Below, piece by piece: positions 15,036 through 27,384 of a stretch of 64,000 nt of DNA; position 1 is the first letter of the stretch, and each line of letters begins with the position of its first letter. The position numbers and the translations under genes were made by a program. Source of the DNA: the human T2T-CHM13v2.0 reference genome, Homo sapiens; the NCBI RefSeq assembly GCF_009914755.1, contig NC_060931.1; one strand, given 5' to 3'. Under the pieces are notes generated by a model. The model worked only from the letters and a program-made list of their open reading frames with translations, was not told where the DNA came from and searched no databases.

Positions 15036-16404
15036 CTAGAGATGAAAACGGCAAAGTCAACATTCACTTTCTCAGTTATGGTAATTTTGTTCTGTAATCT
15101 TAATAGAAAAATAGACTAAACAGAAGGTGTTTCAATTAAAGGGAAATTAAGGATCGTTTTTTCCTATAATTTCTTTTGTACTATATCGTTGAATTTCTGT
15201 ATTTGCCTTTAAAAAAATCACTATTTAAAATTAAAACTTCGTGTTTAAAAACACTATGGTAAGACAAAGTGAAAATACACACATGAATGCATGAAAAAAG
15301 AATTAGTAATTTTTCAACTTTCTTTTGACTTTTTTATCATTTTATGTATATTATCCACATTTTAAAAGTCATATGAATTATGGTAGATAATGTCCTCTAA
15401 ACATAAGCTACAAGTTCTATTTTCACATGATAGTTTTCCTTGCCTTTGGCATGATAATTATTGTTGTTTCTAGTTTCTTGGGAGGGGCTATTCTTTTGCA
15501 AGAAAATAATCACTATTTCAATTGTTGCAATTCAACTTAAAATTATTTTGCTGAGCATTTTCTATGCACTCAGCAAAAGTCTACATGCTGTGTAGGGGAT
15601 ATCAAAATGATGATAATAATAGCAGCAAACTGCTAAGTGCTTAACCTTGGAAAGATATTGTAGCACATTACTTTACATATGCTAACCATTTAGTCTTCCC
15701 AAATATTATAAGGTGTCTGATTTTGTAGAGCCTACAATTTTGTTGAAAATAGTATTACTCGATGTTCCATCATCATTTCTCTGTTACCACAAATTGCTAT
15801 CTTAAGGCATAAGAAAGGTCAGCCACGTTTTGTAATGCTTGCTATTTCACAGCGTGTATGCGGTTTTACTCCTATTCAGGTTATCAGTACTTCAAGCTTA
15901 TCTATAGCATCTTGTCTTTTAAGCACTGTGTTAAGACTACTTCTCAAGATATAATCAACTACTGAATGTAGTTTCTCTAAATATTAGCCAGGCTTCTATC
16001 TATCATATCTTCAAAGTAGTGGTTATATCTTTATGAAAATAAGATCCTAAAAGTCCTACACTGTGGTCCTTCATTATTTCTACTAAATAAATTTCTACTA
16101 ATTCTCTCTTTCTTGTCGCTGTACTTCCCTTATTTTGTACTGGCTACAAGAAGACTTACTTGGTTCATCTTTATGGGATGAAATTATACTTAATTAGATG
16201 TAATAATAAGAAAATCATTATTAGTGAAAACAGCAGATACGTTCTAGCACTGATGGTATGGAATTACAGTCTGTGAAAAAGTTAGCTATAACAGAATAAA
16301 AAGCCACATAGTTATGATAGATATTCAATAGATATGTCCCTATGAAAGAGTGGAAAATAGGTTTATATAAATGTAAACATATTAATATTAAGAATCATAT
16401 TTAT

Positions 16405-16729
<325 letters not shown>

Positions 16730-17179
16730 TTAATTTTTTTTGTTAAACTTTATATCTAAAAGCATTAACATCATTGGCTATTTCTGCAAATAATTTTCAA
16801 AAGAATATAGCAAAAGTTTGCCATAAGTTCTGCTCAACACAAGATAAATCATTGTCTTTTTTATTATACTACTAATCCAGCATGTCTACATAGTATGAGA
16901 GCAATAAGTTTTGCAAAAATTGAAGATTTAGTAAATTATTAATTAAACAAATAATTTTAAAGCCTATTATGTGCTAGGTACGATTTTTGTCACTAGAGTT
17001 ACCTCAGCAAACATCATAAATAACAATCCTCACCATCATGGTATAGTCATCTGATGCATAGTAACATTTCACTAAAAAATGCACCACATATATATATTAC
17101 AGTGTTAATAATTTAGTTTAAATATTGTGATATTTTAATCTTTCAAATCTTTTTTCTGAAAACACCTATTTTTTCCTTC

Positions 17180-17300
17180 AGTTGTTAAAAATTGTGAAAA
17201 TTTATGTTCAGCAAAATTCACTATTTTCATATAAACAATTCTATATACTCTGTTGAACATATAGTCATGTAATGACCACCACAATTTCAAGATGTAGAAT
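17180..17300 (-). mobile_element. Old L1 3' end, resumes at ~21320 after the L1MA insertion
   Basis: Antisense L1 3' end (GTCATGTAATGACCACCACAAT..AAGATGTAGAA) continues as AAGATATAAAACAGTATCATCATCCAAAAAATTTCCCT at ~21320. Confidence 0.55.
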
Positions 17301-18231
17301 GATTACTACCCAAAGCAATCAACAGATTCAATGAAATGTCTATCAAAATAATGTGTCACTTTTCACAGAAATAGAAAAAACAATCATACAATTCATGTGG
17401 AATCAAGAAAGAATCCAAAATGACAAAGCATTCTTGAACAAAAAGAATAAAGTTGGAGGTATAATATAACTTGAATTCAAAATATATTATAAGGTTACTG
17501 TAATAAAACAGCATGGTATTTCTATAAAAATAGATATATGGACCAATGGAACAGAATAGAGAACCCAGGAATAAATCTACATATTGATAGTCAACTGATC
17601 TTTGGTAAAGCTGTCAAGAACACACATGAGGGAAAGGATACCTTGTTCAATAAACAGTGCTATAATAACTAGACAGTTATATGCAGAAGAATGAAACTAG
17701 ATTCTTGTCTGTGACCATATACAACAATCAACTCAAGGTGGATTAAAAACTTGAATGTAAGATACAAAACTATAAGACAACTGGAAAAAAATCAGTGAAA
17801 TGCATCAGGACATTGCTCTAGGCAACTATTTTATGGTTAAGACAGAAAAGCGCAGGCAACAAAAAGAAAAATAGACAAACGGGACTCTGTCAAACTAAAA
17901 AGCTTCTGCACAGCAAAAAGAAACAATGAACAGAGTGAAGAAGCAACCTGTTGAATGGAAGAAAATATTTCCAAACTATTCATCTAATAGGGGAGTAAAA
18001 TCCTGAATATACAGGAAACTCAACAGATGAAAGACAAATAGCCCCATTAAAAAGTGAGCAAAGAACACGAATTGATATCTTTCAAAAGAGACATATAAAT
18101 GAGCAACAGGTATATGAAGAACACACAACATCATTAATCATCGGGGAAATGCAAATCAAAACTGAGATATCATCTTGCCCCATTTAGAATAGCTATTATT
18201 AAAAAGACAAAAAATAACAGATGTTGTTGAG

Positions 18232-20504
18232 AGTATTAGTCTGTTTTCATGCTGCTGTAAAGACATACTCAAGACTAGGCAATTTACAAAAGAAAGAGAT
18301 TTATTGGACTTAAAGTTCTACATGGCTGGGGAGGCCTCACAATCATGGCCGAAGGCAAGGAGGAACAGGTCACATCTTATGTGGATGGCAGCAGGCAAAA
18401 AGAGAGCCTGCGCAAAGAAACTCCCTTTTCTAAAATCATCAGCTCCCATGAGACTTATTCACCATCATGAGAACACAACAGAAAAGACCTGCCCCCATGA
18501 TTCAACCACTTCCCACTGGTTCCATCCCACAACATGTGGGAATTCAAGAGATTTGGGCAGGGACAGAGCCAAACCACATAATTCTGCCCCAGTGCCTCCC
18601 AAATCTCATGTCCTCACATTTCAAAAGCAATCATGCCTTCCCAACAGTCCCCCAAAGTCCTAACTCATTTCAGCATAAACTCAAAAGTCCATAGTCCAAA
18701 GTCTTATCTGAGAAAAGGCAAGTCCTGTTCACCTATAAGCCTGTAAAATCAGAAGTGAGTTAGTTACTTCCTAGATACAAAGGGGGTACAGGCATTGGGT
18801 AAATATGCCAATTTGGAGAAATTGATCAAAACAAAAGGGGTACAGGCCCCACGCAAGTCCAAAATCTAGCAGGGCTGTCAAATCTTTAAGCTCTAAAATG
18901 ATCTCCTTTGACTTCATGTCTCACATCCAGGTCATGCTGATGTAAGAGGTGAGTTCTCATGGTCTTGGGCAGCTCCACCTCTATGGCTTTGCAGGGTACA
19001 GTCTCCCTCCAAGCTGCTTTCATGGTCTGGCATTGAGTATCTGCAGCTTTTCCAGGCACACGGTGTAAGCTGTCAGATCTACCATTCTGGAATCTGGAGA
19101 ACAGTGGCCCTCTTCTCACAACTCCACTAGGCAGTGCCCCAGTAGAGACTCTGTGTGGGGGCTCTGACCCCACATTTCCCTTCTGCATTGCCCTAGAAGA
19201 GGGTCTCCATGAGGGCCCTGCCACTGCAGCAAACTTCTGCCTGGGCATCCAAGCATTTCCATACATCCTCTGAAATCTAGGTGAAGGTTCCCAAACCTCA
19301 GTTCTTGACTTCTGTGCACCCACAGGCTCAACACCATGTGGAAGCTACCAAGACTTGGGGCTTGTATCATCCAAAACTGCAGCCCAAGCTCTATCTTGAC
19401 CCCTGTTAGTCACAGCTAGAGCAGCTGGGACACAGAGCATCAAGTCCCTAGACTGTACACAGCAGAGAAACCCTGGGCCCGGCCCACAAAACTATTTTTT
19501 CCCCCTAAACCTCCGGGCCTGTGATGGGAGGGGCTGCTGCAAAGGTCTCTGACATGGCCTGGAGACATTTTCCCCATTGTCTTAGTGATTAACATTCAGC
19601 TTCTCATTACTTATGCAAATTTCTGTAGCCAGCTTGAATTTCTCTTCAGAAAATGGGATTTTCTTTTCTGTTGCATTGTCAGGCTGCAAATTTTCCAAAC
19701 TTTATGTCCTGTTTCTCTTTTAAAACTGAATGCCTTTAACAGCACCCAAGTCATCTCTTGAATGCTCTGCTGCTTAGAAATGTCTTCTGCCAGATATCCT
19801 AAATCATCTCTCTCAAGTTTGATGTTCCACAAATCTCTAGGACAGGGGCACAATGCCATCAGTCTCTTTGCTAAAGCATAACAAGAGTCACCTTTGCTCC
19901 AGTTTTCAACAAGTTCCTCATCTCTATCTGAGACCACCTCAGCCTGGATTTCATTGTCCATATTATTATCAGCATTTTGGTCAAAGCCATTCAACAAGTC
20001 TCGAGGGAGCTCTAAACTGTCCCACATTTTCCTGTCTTCTTCTGAGCCCTCCAAACTGTTCCAATCTCTGCCTGTTACCCAGTTTCAAAGTTGCTTCCAT
20101 GTTTTTGGGTTTCTTTTCAGCAGTACCCCACTCTACTGTTACCAATTTACCATATTAGTCCATTGTCATGCTGCTGATAAAGACATTCCTGAGACTGGGC
20201 AATTTACAAAAGAAAGAGGTTTATTGGATTAACAGTTCCACATAATTGGGGAGGCCTCACAATCATGGAAGAAGGCAAGGAGGAGCAAGTCACATCTTAT
20301 GTGGATGGCAGCAGGAAAAAAGAGAGCCTGTACAGAGAAACTTCCCTTTTTAAAACCATCAGATCTTGCAAGACTTATTCACCATCATGAGAACACTGCA
20401 GGAAAGACCTGTCCCCATGATTCAACCACCTCCCACGGGGTACCTCCCACAACATGTGGGAATTCAAGATGAAATTTGAGTGGGAACACAGCCAAACCAC
20501 ATCA
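18232..20504 (-). mobile_element. Full-length THE1 (THE1A/B) MaLR provirus: LTR 18232-18581, internal 18582-20150, LTR 20151-20504
   Basis: Two ~350-bp direct-repeat LTRs, a ~1.57-kb internal region and a 5-bp TSD TTGAG/GTGAG (18227-18231, 20505-20509). Confidence 0.95.
19611..20054 (-). pseudogene. Remnant of the THE1-int (MaLR) ORF
   Basis: EGSEEDRKMWDSLELPRDLLNGFDQNAD...CPCPRDLW is the MaLR internal ORF; it is broken downstream (18886-19323 is a later piece). Confidence 0.85.
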
Positions 20505-21604
20505 GTGAGCATGACAGAAAATTGGACTCTTATACACTATTAGTGGAAATGCAAACTAATATAGCATTATGAAAAATAGTATGAAGATTTCTCAAAGAAC
20601 TAAAAATAGAAGTACCATACAATCTAGCAATCCCACTAAGAGTACGTCCAAAGAAAAAGAAACTAATATATCAAATAGATACCCAAACTCCCATGTTTAT
20701 TGCAACACTACTCACAATAGTAAAGATATAAAATCAATATCAATTTAAATGTCCATCAACACTTGAATGGATAAAGATAAATGGATAAAGAAAATGTGGT
20801 ATATATGCAATGGTATAGTATTTGGCCATAAAATGAATGAAATCATGTCATTTGCAGCAACATGGATGAAAACTGGAGGTTACGAGAAATAAGCCATGCA
20901 TAGAAAGACAAATATTGCATTTTCTCATTCCCATATGTGAGAGCTAAAAAAGTTGATCACATGGAGGTAGAGTAAAATAATAGATACCAGAAGCTGAGAA
21001 AGGTGTATGGGAGGCAGAAGGGGATAAACAGAGGTTGGTTAATGGGTACAAACATGCAGTTAGATAGAAGAAATAAGTTCTAATGTTTGATAGCAGAGTA
21101 GGGTGACTGTAGTTACAACCATATATTGTATATTTCAAAATAGCTAGAAGAGAGGTCTTGAAATGTATCCAACATATAAAAATAATAAATACTTAGGTGA
21201 TGGAGTATTACAAATTACTCTGACTTGATAATTATATATATTATGTATGCAACGAAATTTCTCATGGACCCCATAAACATATGTAAAAATATAAAAAATA
21301 CATTTAAATAAAATTTTAAAAGATATAAAACAGTATCATCATCCAAAAAATTTCCCTTATACCATTTTGTCAAAATAGCTCTGCAAATATATTGCCCACC
21401 TTTTTAGAAAATGGGAGTTTAAAAAAATTGTTTTCTTATTACTGACTTTAGAGAAATTTTTCAATATTCTAGGTATCAATCCTTTATTAGATATATATTT
21501 CACAAATATTTTTTCCCAGTCTGCAGCTAGATCTTTTATTTTCTAAAGAATTCCCAATATTCATTTGAAGAACCTGCCCATTATTATTTTTTAATTATGC
21601 AAAA

Positions 21605-22250
21605 GTATTGAAATGACTACGTCAAAGAGATATCTGTACTCTCATGTTTCTTGCAGCACTAGTCACAGTCAATTCCAAGAGACGGAATCAACTTAAGTGT
21701 CCATCAGTAGATAAATAGATAAAGAAAATGTGAATATATACGCAAGGAAATAGTATTCAGCCTTTAAAAACAGGTAATTCTGTCATTTGTGACAACATGA
21801 ATGAAATTGGAGTGTATTACATTAAGTAAAATAAAGTCAGGCACAGAAAGACAAATACTGCATGATCTTATTTGTATACAGAATTTTTTAAAGTTGACTT
21901 TATAGAAGTAGAGAGTAGAATGATGGGTACCAGAGTATGGGGGGAGATGAGAGTGGGGGAAAGCAGAGAAGTTGATCGAACAATACAGAGTTCCAGTTAG
22001 AAAGGAGGAAATAAATTTCAAGATCTATTGCACAGCAAGGTAACCATTGTCAATATTAATGTATTGTGTATTTCAAAATTGCTAAAAGAATAGATTCTTA
22101 AGGGTTTCACTACAAAAAATGATAAAAATGTGAAGTAATGGTATGTTAATTAGCTTGATATAATTATTCTATAATGTACACATATATTAAAACATCACAT
22201 TGTATCCCCAAAATATATATATAATTATTATTGGTCAATTAAAAATAAAC
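21605..22250 (+). mobile_element. L1MA (about MA6-9) 3' end
   Basis: TCAAAGAGATATCTGTACTCTCATGTTT...GAAGTAGAGAGTAGAATGATGG...AATTAAAAATAAA. Confidence 0.85.
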
Positions 22251-22264
22251 ATTATACTATACCC

Positions 22265-22400
22265 AATGTGTAGTCACTGCACAGGTGATAGGTGCACCAA
22301 TATCTCAGAAATCACCATTAAAGAACTTATTCATGTAACCAAACACACCTGTTTCCCAAAAACGTATTGAAATTAAAAATAAAAATAAGAAACAATAAAA
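22265..22400 (+). mobile_element. Short L1PA15/16- or L1PB-like 3' tail
   Basis: GGTGATAGGTGCACCAATATCTCAGAAATCACCATTAAAGAACTTATTCATGTAACCAAA plus A-tail. Confidence 0.75.
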
Positions 22401-23289
22401 ATAAAATAACATAAAAAATCAAAATATTAAAATATTAAAGTTAAAATAAAAAACAAACTAAAATATTGGATTCAATTGTTTTACTATGTTCACTCTATAG
22501 CAGTAGAATATTATTAAAGAGTAATAGGAGAAAAAAAGGCATAAATGTAGATATTTCTAACATGGGATACAACTTTGCATAGGAGAAAAGCAGAAGGAAA
22601 GCTGACTCTTTCTAAGCTATTAGAAAAGTTCCTCGTAAAGCAGTTATAAAAACAGTAGGTTACTAATATTTGCAAACTTAAATGCAATTGAAATGAGCAT
22701 TAACTGCAATTCTGATTCTATCAAAGTTTTGTAATATTCTCATTGCTGTTTAAGTTTTGGATAACTTTTTTCTTTTCTTTTGAGTCTTTAAAAAAATAAA
22801 AAATAAAGCTTGATGTGACATAATAAATAAAGGTGCAATTCATAACCTCCTTTCCTCACACTATAAAAAAACAAAAAAACAGGAAAATATGGCAACACAA
22901 TTAATGGCACCAATCAATGAAGGAAAGGGCCATGATCAAGTGACAAAATTTAATAGCCTGGGGGATAAGGAAAGAATGAGGTGATTCCATAGAAGAGCTC
23001 AACACAGCTGGGTTCCTAAGCCTACTTTGAACCCCAAATCTGGAGACAAGTAATCTGAGTGGATACTATTGTATTTTTCCTTTTCAGAGAAGAGAACTTT
23101 AGAAATTGATGCTGAGAGAAATGATTAAATTGTGAATAATGAGTTTGACAATTTCAGAAAGAAAAGGATCTGAAGGAAAAATAATCCAAACTCCATTGGT
23201 ATCTTTCTAGGGAAATGAAATGCGTATCTCCAAATGAATAGAATAAACCCTGATAAAGGGCCCATAACAATAACAAAGAAAAACCGCAT

Positions 23290-23430
23290 CTCTATTATGA
23301 AAAATTTCAAACATGTTTTTCAAAAAGAGAGACTAGTTTAATGAGCTGCCATGCTCTTATCACTCAAACTTAACAATCATCAACAACAGTTGCCAAATTT
23401 GTTCCATCTATACTGCCACAAGCTCCAGCT
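23290..23430 (-). mobile_element. Old L1 (L1MC/ME) extreme 3' fragment
   Basis: TATTATGAAAAATTTCAAACAT...AAAAGAGAGACTAG...ACAATCATCAACA...GCCAAATTTGTTCCATCTATAC. Confidence 0.55.
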
Positions 23431-24251
23431 TTCTTTTAATTTGGAGCATGTGGCAGTTGGTTACCAATTTGGTCATTTTTTTTTTTTTTTTTTGTAGTCA
23501 ATGGCATGTCTATTACATAGCAGGTATTCAATGGCGTTTGCTAAATGAATGAATTAATCAATGAATGCATCAACCTCCATTCAGCCATTTCCCAGAAAAT
23601 GAGTCTGCCTTTAAAAATGATGAATGTTATACATGATGAATATAACAGGTAAATATATGCAAAGAACAACATCGTGTTGAAACATGCTCAAGGACAGGCA
23701 TTTCAAAGATGATTCAGGCTAACATTATGGATTCTTCTTAAATGAGAAAGAAAATCCTGCTGATGGATGTCTTCCTAAGCCAGTTGGGACTAAGAAACAC
23801 AGTTGAAGCTCATCCGTGACAGAACTAAAATGATCAGGCCTAAGGTCATAGCAACAACTTGTTGCTGACACATCAGCAACTTGTACAGACATCAGCCTGT
23901 ACCTTAAAACAATGCACTTATATGAACTTAAAATATGCTTTTGTAAAACTGTCAGATCTAAATTGATGTAATTTAACATTTTTTTGATAGTGAATTTTAT
24001 GTCTTACAGAGCCAGTGCTAAAAAATGTGCATAGACACATATATACACATGTGTAGACATACAAAGACCAACATAAATGCATAGGATTACACCATTTTTA
24101 CCATTTGTTTCCCAAATACTCTAGAGGCCAGCCCTATTTGCCTGGGAAAATATATATATATATATATATATATTTATATTTATTTATTTATAAACTACAT
24201 ACATTTAAACTATATATATAAAGTTTAATGAGCGACCATGCACTTATCACT

Positions 24252-24551
24252 CAGTCTTTTAAATATTGATCATTGTAGAGATCAAAGTAGCTGATAGTAG
24301 ATCTGAATTGTTTTTACTTGAAAGAAAATAGAAAACATCTCAATTTTGCTAACAATCTTACAGGATTTATGGTTGAAATTATGTCACATCAAATTTATAA
24401 AAACAAAAACAATTGTGCAAGTAGATTTGCATGGTTGTGTTTCACAGATATACACACATACTTTGTCATTTTGTTTATTCCTAAGAAGGACTGTTTGGGA
24501 TTGCCACTCCAATGGAAGAAAAATAAGAATTGAGATACAGGAGACCTAAAT
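24252..24551 (+). repeat. Local 300-bp duplication, derived copy of 25510-25808
   Basis: Direct alignment gives about 14 differences in 300 bp; flanked on both sides by (TA)n-rich arrays. Confidence 0.97.
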
Positions 24552-24681
24552 GTATATACTTTCGTATAAGTGCATATATATAATATAAACAAAGGACGTT
24601 TACATTTTATACGAGTATATATATTTATACAAAAGTATATATATATATTTATACAAAAGTATATATATATTTATACAAAAG

Positions 24682-24713
<32 letters not shown>

Positions 24714-24735
24714 AAAGTATATATATATATATAAA
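24552..24735. repeat. TA-rich minisatellite, unit ~TTTATACAAAAGTATATATATA
   Basis: About 4-5 variable units plus an inverted unit (ATATACTTTCGTATAA) at its start. Confidence 0.9.
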
Positions 24736-25509
24736 CATAGGATACCAGAATCCCTAAAATGTCAATTGAAACGACTTAATATATCACCTGGATATTCAGT
24801 TTATATCACATTAAACACCTAAATATTTTGAAATATGATGCTCTTGAGGGCACTATTGCTATTATTAAAAAGAACTCAGACTATATTTGCTTTAAGGAAG
24901 CAGTAATTTTTTTCTGATACAAATGCTAATATTTGGAAGCGATTACAATTCAAATGAAACTTAAGTATTTGGGGGCAACTTAAGAATTTGGGGGAAATTC
25001 TAAGTGACTACTTGTGGGAAATTAGTAGCATCCACAGAGAAAATATTTTAACAGAGATGATTTGAAAATCTGCCTTTTTTGATTTTCAATATAATGAATA
25101 AAACATTATGATGACTTTAAAATGTATATAATTTAGTTTGAAATTTTAATACAAGAAGTATTATTTTAATTCTCATAATTAAATTTAACCTTATAATTCT
25201 ATTTCAATAAAGCAAAAGTTATAGAGCATTTTATGTTTCTTCAAAAAGTAGTCAGTTGATGGTGATTTCTACTTCTATGATAAAACTATCTCAGGTAGAA
25301 CGATTAAGAAATCTGACCAATCTGTACAAGGAAAAACATTACCAATTTTAGTATAATTCTTAGCTTAGTCCTTACCCTCAGTCCATCTACCTATTTCACT
25401 AAGCAATGAATCACCAAGGAACTTCATCATATGTACATAGAATTCAGAGAAATGTCTCTAATTTTCAACAATAACTATTTTCTCAGCAACAATTTACTGG
25501 ATGTAGATA

Positions 25510-25808
25510 CAGTCTTTTAAGTATTGATCATTCCAGAGGTCAAAGTAGCTGATAGTAGATCTGAATTGTTTTTACTTGAAAGAAAATAGAAAACATCTCA
25601 ATTTTACTAAAAATTTTACGGATTTATGGTTGAAATTATGTCACACCAAATTTATAAAAACAAAAACAATTGTGCAAGTAGATTTGCATGGTTGTGTTTC
25701 ACAGATAAACACACATATTTTGTCATTTTACTTATTCCTAAGAAGGACTGTTTGGGATTGCCACTCCAATGGAAGAAAATTAAGAATTGAGATACAGGAG
25801 ACCTAAAT
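25510..25808 (+). repeat. Probable source copy of the 300-bp duplication
   Basis: Same sequence as 24252-24551 but embedded in ordinary unique flanks. Confidence 0.95.
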
Positions 25809-26040
25809 TTTTAGAAAACATAAAGTTATGCAAAAAAAATTGTATGTTTATGTCTCATGAATATACACATGCAGAAATACAATAATATTTTAGGCATTTC
25901 CACTAAAAGGTTTATTTGGAGTTTGCCTCTGTTCAGTGAAAGAGAACTGTGGATTGAGTGCACAAGACATTAGTTGTTGTCTCAGCCTTCCATGTAATTC
26001 AGTTTGGGAAAATTCTCTTTACCATATTAAGCATCCAATT

Positions 26041-26518
26041 TTATTTTATTTTATTTTTAGTTCTGGGGTACATACGCAGGATGTGCAGGTTTGTTACCTA
26101 GGTAAACATGTGCCATGGTGGTTTGCTGCACCTATCAACCCATCACCTAGGTATTAAGCCCAGCATGCATTAGCTAATTTTCCTGGTGCTCTCCCTACCC
26201 TTTCCACCCCGCCTCCCCCAACAGACCCTAGTGTTGTTGCTCTTTACCCTGTGTCCATGTGTTCTCATTGTTCAGCTCCCACTTATAAGTGAGAACATGT
26301 GGTGTTTGGTTTTCTGTTCCTGAGTTAGTTTGCTGAGGATAATGGTTTCCAGCTCCATCCATGTCCCTGCAAAGGATATGATCTCATTCCTTTTTATGGC
26401 TGCATAGTATTCCATGGTGTATATGTACCACATTTTCCTTATCCAGTCTATCATTGATGGGCATTTGGTTGATTCCAGGTCTTTGCTGTTGTGAACAGTG
26501 CTGCAATGAACATATGCA
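26041..26518 (-). mobile_element. 5'-truncated L1PA (about PA8-10)
   Basis: Antisense L1PA 3'UTR and ORF2 end (MWYIYTMEYYAAIKRNE...LISGS); TSD TAAGCATCCAATT/TAAGCACCCAATT at 26028-26040 and 26519-26531. Confidence 0.93.
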
Positions 26519-27384
26519 TAAGCACCCAATTCTTGATTTGTTAAATAATGGGGATATATATAATAAACAATCACTGAGGTCACTTTCAAAGCTAAAAAGC
26601 GCTAATATTGTATGTAGTTGGAATTATCACCTTTCTTTTTATAAAGGGTTTATATATTTTAAAATTTATGTAAGCAATGAATTAACATTAAATGAAAAAT
26701 GTAAATGAAATATGAATAAAAGGGAAAAATAATAAGTCACAGATATTCTACTGTCCTGTCACAGCCATTACTAGTATTTGGTCTTCCAGACATTTCCATA
26801 TGCGTGTATATTATTTAAAACAGTATCAGGCTCTCTAACTTACTTTTCTTCCTAAATACAATATAACCAATGCCTTTCCATGTTATTAGTATAAATGTCC
26901 ACAATTATAAATATTTTATGTGTATGCACAAAATACATTTAATCAATTCCCTCTTTTGGACTTTTAAATTTTGTTGTTGTTTTTAAACAAACTGTGGTAA
27001 CACTGTACATATATCTTTACTAATTTATCTATCTCCTTGATATAAGTGCACAGATTTGTGATCATTAGGTCAAAGGCTAGATATTTCTTTTTAGTAATTT
27101 GATACATTTTGACAAATTACCACACAGAAGCCCTGTTCTCATAGGGAGTTCTACAGGCTATGTACCAGAGGGTTTATTGTCTCCAAACCAAGACAATCCT
27201 AGGAGCCTCATTCCTGTTAATGTTTGCCATTTTTATAGGCAAAAAAAAAAAAAAAAAAAAATGGCACCCTTCTTTAACTTGAATGTTTATTTCTTTGATT
27301 ATGGATGGGAATAAATCTGTGTCTACATCTTTTGACTCACTTTACCTATTAAAAGTAAATTTTCTGGATGTGATACCCTATTTT

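Larger units (their letters stand above)
17305..21320 (+). mobile_element. 5'-truncated L1MA (about L1MA3-5), ORF2 C-terminal part plus 3'UTR, split by THE1
   Basis: L1 ORF2 blocks (CAATGGAACAGAATAGAGAACCC, CTAAAAAGCTTCTGCACAGCAAA), L1MA 3'UTR GGGTACAAACATGCAGTTAGATAGAAG, A-rich tail. Confidence 0.88.

Noticed and set aside
15546-15578. TTTTGCTGAG...CTCAGCAAAA hairpin (similar short ones at ~39118 and 57687-57710)
   Set aside because: 10-11-bp arms in old repeat or AT-rich DNA; too short for a pre-miRNA, and intrinsic terminators do not apply to this genome
24596-24612. ACGTTTACATT match to the reverse complement of ~52028-52038
   Set aside because: About 11 bp, AT-rich and 27 kb apart; compatible with chance
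24318-25806. Paralogous-looking ORFs MKENRKHLNF... at 24318 and 25576
   Set aside because: They reflect the 300-bp DNA duplication, start at TTG and are frameshifted relative to each other
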